DNA from: an uncultured Acidimicrobiaceae bacterium
GTDB lineage: Bacteria > Actinomycetota > Acidimicrobiia > Acidimicrobiales > Bog-793
Direction of reading: 5' to 3'
Length of the DNA: 64,000 nt
Assembly: GCA_963831155.1 (NCBI GenBank)
Contig: CAWHOY010000006.1
Location: 778,987 to 842,986, forward strand
The number at the start of each line of letters is the position of its first letter. The first letter of the stretch is position 1. This document shows, in pieces, positions 57,782-64,000 of this stretch. Both the position numbers and the translations under genes were made by a program. The notes beneath the pieces were generated by a model. That model did no database searches and was not told the DNA's origin. It saw nothing but the letters and a program-made list of their open reading frames with translations.

Positions 57782-58795
57782 TCAAAAGGAGTGACTCGTC
57801 GTCCAGGCAAGGAACTCGTCCATCGGCCGCGTGTTCAGGATCCGGTTCGCTGGGACTCCCGCTTCGGCCGCTTTCTCGCAGCCGTGCCACTGCCATTCCA
57901 GCTGTCCGGGTGCGTGGCCGTCGGTATCGATGACGAAGTCACAGCCGAGGGAAAGCGCCAGCTCGAGCAGCTCGCCGGGGGGGTCGAGCCGTTCGGGCCG
58001 CGAGTTGATCTCGACGGCGGTGCCGGTCTCGGCGCACATCGTGAAGACCGCCTCGGCATCGAAGTGCGAGGGCGGTCGGCCGCGTTCGCTAAGGAGGCGA
58101 CCGGTGCAGTGCCCGAGAACGTCGGTGTGCGGGTTCGCGACCGCAGCCAGCATGCGCTTGGTCATCGGCGCGCGCTCCATGCGCAGCTTGGAGTGGACGC
58201 TCGCCACGACGACGTCGAGTTCTCCGAGGAGATCTTCGTCTTGATCGAGCGACCCGTCGTCCAAGATGTCGACTTCGATGCCGGTGAGGATGCGGAACGG
58301 CGACAGCTCGACGTTCAGCTCGGAGATCACATCGAGCTGCTCGCGGAGCCGCTCGGCGCTCAAACCGTGGGCGACGGTCAGGCGCGGGCTGTGGTCGGTG
58401 AGCGTCCAGTAGCGGTGCCCGAGCTCCTTTGCGGTCTCGGCCATCTCGCGGATCGGGCTTCCCCCGTCGGACCAGTCCGAATGGCTGTGACAGTCACCTC
58501 GCAGGCGAGCACGCAATCTGGTGGCCGCGTCGCTGATGGCGGGCGGCGGGCGCGCTTCGAGCTGCGCGAGGTATTCGGGCGTGCTGCCGCCGATCGCTGA
58601 GGCGATGACCTTGGCACTCGTCGCGCCGACATGTTGAATCTCTGTCAGCTGTCGAAAAGAAAGCCTCTCGAGCTCGGCGAGTGGGATCGCTTCGATGGCA
58701 GCCGCAGCGTTGCGGAACGCGCGCACTTTGTAGGTCTCCGCGCCGTCGCGCTCCAGCAGATACGCGATGCGGCGCAGCGCAGCTCGCGGGTCCAT
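57782..58795 (-). CDS. PolX-like HhH N-domain + PHP phosphoesterase domain protein
   Basis: 337 aa. N-terminal YKVRAFRNAA...HVGATSA (helix-hairpin-helix) and PHP motif GDCHSHSDWSDG...LTDHSP. No polymerase palm is evident. Confidence 0.8.
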   Translation of the reverse strand: MDPRAALRRIAYLLERDGAETYKVRAFRNAAAAIEAIPLAELERLSFRQLTEIQHVGATSAKVIASAIGGSTPEYLAQLEARPPPAISDAATRLRARLRGDCHSHSDWSDGGSPIREMAETAKELGHRYWTLTDHSPRLTVAHGLSAERLREQLDVISELNVELSPFRILTGIEVDILDDGSLDQDEDLLGELDVVVASVHSKLRMERAPMTKRMLAAVANPHTDVLGHCTGRLLSERGRPPSHFDAEAVFTMCAETGTAVEINSRPERLDPPGELLELALSLGCDFVIDTDGHAPGQLEWQWHGCEKAAEAGVPANRILNTRPMDEFLAWTTSHSF

Positions 58796-58798
58796 GTC

Positions 58799-59809
58799 TC
58801 AGGCGCGTCGCGCCCTGCTCGGCGCGACGCGCGCCGGCTCGTCAGGTTGCTTGGGATACTGCGGCGGCCAGGGCGCGTCGTGCAACCCGCTCGCCTTGTC
58901 CCGAGCGGCGAGGTCCAGCAGCGGTTGCAGGGACTGCGGCTGATCGGCGATCTGCGACCAAGGGTCTCCCCGCCGGGCGAGGAGTTCGGGCACCGTCCGG
59001 ATCGTCAACTCGTCCGGCTCGACGTCGCCTATCTCGTCCCAGAAAAGTGGCGTCGAGACCTGACCGCCGACGCGCGGGCGGGCAAACCAGGCGCCGAAGA
59101 CCGTCTTGTGGGGCGCGTTCTGGTTGAAATCGACAAAGACCCGTTGTCCGCGCTCCTCTTTCCACCAGTTGGCCGTGATCTCGTCTGGATAACGACGCTC
59201 GAGCTCGCGGGCGAGCGCCACCGCAGCGGCCCGAACCTCGTAGCTGTCCCAGCGTTCCTCGAGACGGACATAGACGTGGAGCCCGCGGCTTCCCGTCGTC
59301 TTCGGATATCCGGCGAGGCCGAGCTCATCGAGCAGCTCGCGTACGCGACGGGCGGCGACGCGGACGTCGTCAAACGAGACGCCGGGCTGAGGGTCGAGAT
59401 CGATGCGGAGCTCGTCGGAGTGTTCCGGGTCGACGGCTCGATACGGCCAGAGGTGCAGACCGAGGCAGCCGAGGTTCACGGCCCAAACTACGTGCGCGAT
59501 GTCCGCGACGACGAGCGCGTTCGACATCGTGCCATTCGGGGTGTTCACGACGGTGGTTTCAAGCCACTCCGGAGCATGAGAGGGGACCCGCTTTTGGAAA
59601 AAGGACTTCCCGCCGGCGCCGTCGGGGAAGCGCTCGAGCAGGGCCGGGCGGCCTCGAGCGGTGTTCAACAACGCCGTCGCGACCTCGAGGTAGTACAAGA
59701 CGAGCTCGAATTTCGTGGCGCCGAATGCGGGGAAATAGACCTTGTCCGGGCTCGAGATCTCGATCGCGCGACCTGCTGCTTCGACGACGCGGGCGTTGGC
59801 TGCGGACAC
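58799..59809 (-). CDS. LigD-type polymerase/primase domain protein (Prim-PolC-like)
   Basis: 336 aa. [22 protein letters not shown] and GSRGLHVYV motifs of the archaeo-eukaryotic primase NHEJ polymerase family. Confidence 0.85.
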   Translation of the reverse strand: MSAANARVVEAAGRAIEISSPDKVYFPAFGATKFELVLYYLEVATALLNTARGRPALLERFPDGAGGKSFFQKRVPSHAPEWLETTVVNTPNGTMSNALVVADIAHVVWAVNLGCLGLHLWPYRAVDPEHSDELRIDLDPQPGVSFDDVRVAARRVRELLDELGLAGYPKTTGSRGLHVYVRLEERWDSYEVRAAAVALARELERRYPDEITANWWKEERGQRVFVDFNQNAPHKTVFGAWFARPRVGGQVSTPLFWDEIGDVEPDELTIRTVPELLARRGDPWSQIADQPQSLQPLLDLAARDKASGLHDAPWPPQYPKQPDEPARVAPSRARRA

Positions 59810-59981
59810 TCAACCAACGATAGGTGGTGGGTCGAAGGAGACCCCGGGCCGGTGGAGCGGGCGATTTCGCCTGCTAGCCTGCGTTTGTCGGAATTCGCCG
59901 GCAGTGGCGCGCGGCCGTGATTCGGTTAGATCCCAAAGCCGCAGGCGCCGAGGACGAGAGCTTTCGAGGATTCGCACAATC

Positions 59982-60239
59982 ATGTCCGATCACCAGGCGA
60001 CGATCGCCGAGTACCGGCTGCACGAGACCGATACGGGTTCACCCGAGGTCCAGGTCGCCATACTCTCCGAGCGCATCAACGCCCTGACCGAGCACTTGAA
60101 AGTGCACCGTGGGGACCACCACACCCGCCGCGGGCTGATGAAGCTCATCGGGCGGCGCCGTCGCCTCCTCGACTACGTGAGGGGAAACGACGTCGAGCGT
60201 TACCGGTCGCTTATCGCGCGCCTCGGCATCCGCCGTTAG
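59982..60239 (+). CDS. rpsO: 30S ribosomal protein S15
   Basis: 85 aa. [35 protein letters not shown]. Confidence 0.95.
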   Translation: MSDHQATIAEYRLHETDTGSPEVQVAILSERINALTEHLKVHRGDHHTRRGLMKLIGRRRRLLDYVRGNDVERYRSLIARLGIRR

Positions 60240-60302
60240 AAGCAGGCGCCGCCGGGCGAAGGCCCGCGCGGTGAATCGGGGCCGAATCCCCGAACGAAAG
60301 GC

Positions 60303-60324
60303 CGCACCCGTGATCCCACGGGTG
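60303..60324 (+). terminator. Perfect 9-bp hairpin GCACCCGTG-ATCC-CACGGGTGC downstream of rpsO
   Basis: Lies 64 nt after the rpsO stop. A smaller hairpin CGGGG-CCGAAT-CCCCG precedes it. There is no U-tract, which is common in high-GC actinobacteria. Confidence 0.45.
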
Positions 60325-60360
60325 CGCTGACATAACCACGGGCGCCCTGCGCGCCAGCTG

Positions 60361-60402
60361 CCAGTCGTCGGGGCCTCGGTGATCCGGGTGCTCGACGACT
60401 GG
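60361..60402 (+). promoter_or_regulatory. Long stem-loop in the pnp leader (CCAGTCGTCG ... CGACGACTGG)
   Basis: 10-bp perfect arms at 60361-60370 and 60393-60402, 40 nt upstream of the pnp ATG. The position is analogous to the RNase III-processed pnp leader hairpin known in other bacteria. Confidence 0.4.
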
Positions 60403-60441
60403 GAACTGGCCGGGTTGGTGCCCCAGGCACCTAGGAGTGAC

Positions 60442-62871
60442 ATGGCCGAGGCCATCTCAGTTTCGGGTCCGATCTCGGACACCGAACGCCAGCTTTCTTT
60501 CGAGACGGGCAAGCTTGCGCCCCAGGCGGACGGCGCGGTCGTCGTCCGCATCGGCGACACCCTCGTCCTCGTCACCGCTGTTGCGGCGCGAAAGGTCCGG
60601 GAAGGACAGGATTTCTTCCCGCTCACCGTCGACGTCGAAGAGCGGATGTACGCCGCGGGCAAGATCCCCGGTTCGTTCTTCCGCCGGGAGGGTCGCGCGA
60701 CCGACCAGGCGATCCTGACCGCCAGGCTCATCGACCGCCCGCTGCGTCCGAGCTTCCCCGAGGGCTTCCGTAACGAGGTACACGTCGTCGCCACGATCCT
60801 CGGAGCCGACCAGGAGAACCCGCACGACGTCGTGTCGATCAACGGCGCGTCGGCGGCGCTGATGCTGTCGGGGATCCCCTTCGAGGGACCGATCGGCGCC
60901 GTGCGCATCGCCTACACATCCGAGGGGAAGTGGCTTCCGCACCCCTCTTACCAAGAGGGCGACGCGGCGACTTTCGAACTCGTCGTCGCCGGCCGCGCCC
61001 TTTCGGACGCGCCCGACGCCGAGGTGGCGATCATGATGGTCGAGGCTGGCGGCACGGAGAAGGCGTTTGAGTTCTTCGACGCCGGTGCGCCGAAGGTCAC
61101 CGAGGACGTCATCGCCGAGGGCCTCGAATCATCGAAGCGTTGGATCCGCGAGTCGATCGAGTTGCAGCGCGAGCTCATCGCGAAGGCCGGCGCGAAGCCG
61201 AACATTGCTTACGAGGTCTTCGTCGACTACGCGGACGAGGTGCTCTCCCGCGTCGTCGAAGTCGGTGGCGAGCGGATCGAAAAGGCGAACGCGACGCCCG
61301 GAAAAGCCGAACGTTCGGCCGCTCTCGACGAGGTGACCGACGCGATCGTCGCCGAACTGTCAGATGAGTTCGAAGGCCGCGAGCGAGAACTGCGCGCTGC
61401 GATCCGTTCGCACACGAAGTCCGTCGTCCGCCGGCGCATCGTCGAAGAGGGCGTGCGCATCGACGGCCGCGGGCCAACAGACATCCGTCCCCTTTCGGCC
61501 GAGGTCGGCATCCTCCCGACGGCGCACGGCTCGGGGCTGTTCCAGCGCGGCGACACCCAGGTGCTCAGCGTCGCGACGCTCGGCATGCCGCGCATGAACC
61601 AGATGCTCGACACGATCGGGGTCGACGAGACGAAGCGCTACATGCACCACTACAACTTCCCGCCCTTTTCGACGGGCGAGCCGGGGTTCATGCGCGGGCC
61701 AAAGCGCCGCGAGATCGGCCATGGCCTGCTCGCCGAACGGGCGCTTTTGCCGGTGATCCCCTCCGAAGCGGAGTTCCCCTACACGCTGCGGGTCGTCTCC
61801 GACGTGCTGTCTTCGAACGGTTCGACGTCGATGGCGTCGGTGTGTGGATCGACGCTCTCGTTGATGGACGCCGGCGTGCCTGTTCGCGAGCCCGTCGGTG
61901 GGATCGCGATGGGTCTCGTCTACGCGGAGGGTCGCTACACGACGCTCACCGACATCTTGGGCGCCGAGGACGCATTCGGTGACATGGACTTCAAAGTCGC
62001 AGGCACCCGTGACGTCGTCACCGCGCTGCAGCTCGACACGAAGATTGACGGCATTCCGGCCGACGTGCTGGCGCAGGCGCTCCGTCAGGCGCGTGACGCT
62101 CGCCTCTTGGTGCTCGACGTGATGGACAAGGCGATCGACGCGCCACGGGCGACGGTGAACACGAACGCGCCGAAGATCGTCACCTTCGAGATTCCGCTCG
62201 ATCGGATCGGCGAGATCATCGGTCCGAAGGGCAAGGTCATCAACGCGATGCAGCAGGAGACCGGCGCCGACATTGCCGTCGACGACGACGGCACCATCGG
62301 GCGCGTGACGATCGGCGCGAAGGAGTCGTCGTCGGTCGAAGATGCACGCCAGCGCATCGAGTTGATCTTGAACCCGCCGGCGGCCGAGATCGGAAAGACC
62401 TACGACGGCAAGGTCGTGAACATCACGAAGTTCGGGGCGTTCGTGAACATCCTGCCGGGCCGCGACGGTCTTTTACACATCTCGCGCATCGGAGGCGGCA
62501 AGCGAATCGACCGCGTCGAGGACGTGCTGTCGCTCGGCGATCCCGTCAAGGTGATCGTCGAGGACATCGACCCGCAGGGCAAGGTCTCGCTCTCGCTTGT
62601 CGGCGAGGACGGGGAACCCGTCGGCGGATCACGCGAGCCCCGATCAGCTGAAGCTGAAGGCGAACGCGAATCGCGTCGTTCGCCGTCGCGCGAGCGCGCG
62701 CCACGCGCCGAGGTGGAAGAGCCATCCGACGGAGTGCGCCGGGTCTCGTTCGAGGACGAGTTCGCCCGCGAGATCGAGGGCACGTTCGGCAATCTCGGAC
62801 CAGGAGGAGTGTCGGGCGGCGGCGAGTCGCGCTCTTCGGGACCGCGCCGGCGCGGACGTCCGCGACGCTGA
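60442..62871 (+). CDS. pnp: Polyribonucleotide nucleotidyltransferase (PNPase / GpsI)
   Basis: ATG 60442 with AGGAG 5 nt upstream (the ORF opens at 60379). Two RNase PH domains plus KH and S1 domains, and an Arg/Glu-rich C-terminal tail. Confidence 0.95.
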   Translation: MAEAISVSGPISDTERQLSFETGKLAPQADGAVVVRIGDTLVLVTAVAARKVREGQDFFPLTVDVEERMYAAGKIPGSFFRREGRATDQAILTARLIDRPLRPSFPEGFRNEVHVVATILGADQENPHDVVSINGASAALMLSGIPFEGPIGAVRIAYTSEGKWLPHPSYQEGDAATFELVVAGRALSDAPDAEVAIMMVEAGGTEKAFEFFDAGAPKVTEDVIAEGLESSKRWIRESIELQRELIAKAGAKPNIAYEVFVDYADEVLSRVVEVGGERIEKANATPGKAERSAALDEVTDAIVAELSDEFEGRERELRAAIRSHTKSVVRRRIVEEGVRIDGRGPTDIRPLSAEVGILPTAHGSGLFQRGDTQVLSVATLGMPRMNQMLDTIGVDETKRYMHHYNFPPFSTGEPGFMRGPKRREIGHGLLAERALLPVIPSEAEFPYTLRVVSDVLSSNGSTSMASVCGSTLSLMDAGVPVREPVGGIAMGLVYAEGRYTTLTDILGAEDAFGDMDFKVAGTRDVVTALQLDTKIDGIPADVLAQALRQARDARLLVLDVMDKAIDAPRATVNTNAPKIVTFEIPLDRIGEIIGPKGKVINAMQQETGADIAVDDDGTIGRVTIGAKESSSVEDARQRIELILNPPAAEIGKTYDGKVVNITKFGAFVNILPGRDGLLHISRIGGGKRIDRVEDVLSLGDPVKVIVEDIDPQGKVSLSLVGEDGEPVGGSREPRSAEAEGERESRRSPSRERAPRAEVEEPSDGVRRVSFEDEFAREIEGTFGNLGPGGVSGGGESRSSGPRRRGRPRR

Positions 62872-64000
62872 GCACCGGCGCCGAGCGCCCCGCCTCGGCG
62901 GGACGCCAAGACGTCACGGTCTCGACGCTCGAAAGCGGCATCCGACTCGTCACCGAGTCGATGCCGCACGTGCACTCGGCGTGCGCCGGGTTCTGGGTCG
63001 GCACGGGCTCGCGCGACGAGTCCCCTGAACAGGCCGGGATCTCGCACTTCTTGGAGCACCTGTTGTTCAAGGGCTCTCCGACGCGCTCGGCACGATCGAT
63101 CGCCGAACAGATCGACGCGGTCGGCGGCGACATGAACGCCTTCACGACAAAAGAGTTCACCGCCTTTTACGTCCGCACGCTGGCGAGCGACGTCGAACTG
63201 GGCCTCGACATCTTGTCGGACATCTTCTGGGACCCGGCGTTGCGCGTCGACGAAGTCGACTCCGAACGCCAGGTGATCCTGGAAGAGGTACTGATGCACC
63301 GCGACGAACCCGCCGACGTCGTCCAGGAACGCTTCGCCGACGCGTGCTTCCCGGGTCACCCGCTCGGTCGCGAGGTCCTCGGTGATCCGGAGGTGATCAC
63401 GAACGTCACGGTGGACGCGATCCGAGCATTCCTCGCCGAGCACTACCGGCCGGCGAACGTCGTCGTCGCCGTCGCGGGCGACATCGATCACGATCGGATC
63501 GCCGACGGCATCGAGCGGCGCTTCGCGGGTGTGGTGGGTGGCACCTCGCCCGTACGCACCGCACCTTCGGGCGATGTGCGCCGTCTCGACGTGACGACGC
63601 GCGACTCCGAGCAAGCACAGGTCGTCCTCGGCATGCGCGCCCCCGATCGCCGCTCGCCGAGGAGGTTCGCGCTCTCGCTCTTCAACCACATCTTGGGCGG
63701 CGGCATCTCCTCGCGCCTTTTCCAGACGATTCGCGAAGAACGCGGACTCGCTTACTCGGTCGTCTCCGAGCGGCTCGCCTTCGAGGACTCCGGCGCGCTA
63801 GCGATTTCGGTCGGAACCGCGCCCGAGCGGGTCCACGAGGTCCTCGACCTGATCTCAGAAGAACTCGACCTGATTTCGGCGAAGGGCGTCACCCAAGACG
63901 AGCTCAACCGGGCGAAGGGACACGTCCACGCCGACACCTGGCTCGGACTCGAGGACTCCGGCACGCGCATGTCGCGCATCGCGTCGGGACTGTTGTTGAT
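62868..64000 (+). CDS. M16-family zinc peptidase (insulinase-like), 3'-partial. No canonical start; putative CTG inside a CTGA overlap with pnp.
   Basis: Translated by hand (not in the ORF track because no stop falls in the window). ...VTVSTLESGIRLVTESMPHVHSACAGFWVGTGSRDE...GISHFLEHLLFKG (HxxEH). The conserved position after pnp matches Streptomyces and Mycobacterium. Confidence 0.8.
   Translation, partial: MSTGAERPASAGRQDVTVSTLESGIRLVTESMPHVHSACAGFWVGTGSRDESPEQAGISHFLEHLLFKGSPTRSARSIAEQIDAVGGDMNAFTTKEFTAFYVRTLASDVELGLDILSDIFWDPALRVDEVDSERQVILEEVLMHRDEPADVVQERFADACFPGHPLGREVLGDPEVITNVTVDAIRAFLAEHYRPANVVVAVAGDIDHDRIADGIERRFAGVVGGTSPVRTAPSGDVRRLDVTTRDSEQAQVVLGMRAPDRRSPRRFALSLFNHILGGGISSRLFQTIREERGLAYSVVSERLAFEDSGALAISVGTAPERVHEVLDLISEELDLISAKGVTQDELNRAKGHVHADTWLGLEDSGTRMSRIASGLLL

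Noticed and set aside
1-64000. Search by eye for tRNA or rRNA genes, CRISPR repeats, IS elements or inverted terminal repeats, integrases, toxin-antitoxin pairs and large direct repeats.
   Set aside because: None found. All intergenic regions are short (mostly under 150 nt) and are accounted for by promoters or hairpins. I noticed no repeated spacer-repeat periodicity and no transposase- or recombinase-like ORFs. A computational scan (tRNAscan-SE, Infernal, CRISPR finder, self-dot-plot) would be needed to be certain.

Overview
This is a very GC-rich chromosomal window, with G/C at almost every third codon position. Gene order marks it as Actinomycetota core genome. I found no rRNA, tRNA, CRISPR array, transposase, integrase or phage genes by eye.

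**Conserved blocks, in order:**
- bpa and dnaE
- A menaquinone cluster: menE, menB, menA, menH, menD
- CitE-like lyase and MaoC dehydratase, then a large zinc-ribbon/cyclase/STAND/TPR regulator
- tyrS and rnd
- The shikimate to translation block: aroC, aroK-aroB, aroQ, pepP-like, efp, nusB
- The pyrimidine block: pyrR, pyrB, pyrC, carA, carB, pyrD, pyrF
- mihF, gmk, rpoZ, coaBC, metK, priA
- A DNA-repair cluster: FEN-type exonuclease, LigC-type ligase, PHP protein, LigD-type primase-polymerase
- rpsO, pnp and a 3'-partial M16 peptidase

Genes are tightly packed. At least 14 same-strand junctions use a 4-nt NTGA stop/start overlap.

**Most interesting non-core content:**
1. A minus-strand operon of unknown product. 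It encodes an ATP-grasp ligase, a B12-binding radical-SAM protein with a WFCCAEP tail, and a Cys-rich protein. It sits next to an Nfu-type Fe-S carrier gene and a 57-aa Cys/His mini-protein.
2. An ECF sigma factor translationally coupled to an Ogt(MGMT) + Ada-type Zn methyl-acceptor fusion. That fusion occupies the position where an anti-sigma factor would normally sit, directly upstream of the repair cluster.
3. A solitary active clpP, divergent across an AT-rich palindrome from an XRE regulator. The XRE gene is coupled to a ClpP paralog in which all three catalytic residues are replaced.

**Sequence-quality and annotation anomalies:**
- Single-nucleotide frameshifts in aroC and in the citE-like gene.
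- An in-frame aroK-aroB fusion.
- Two conserved genes, gmk and the M16 peptidase, whose only plausible start is a CTG inside a CTGA overlap.

Many long Arg/Pro/Gly-rich ORFs in the six-frame track are antisense or off-frame artefacts of the high GC content. I rejected them.
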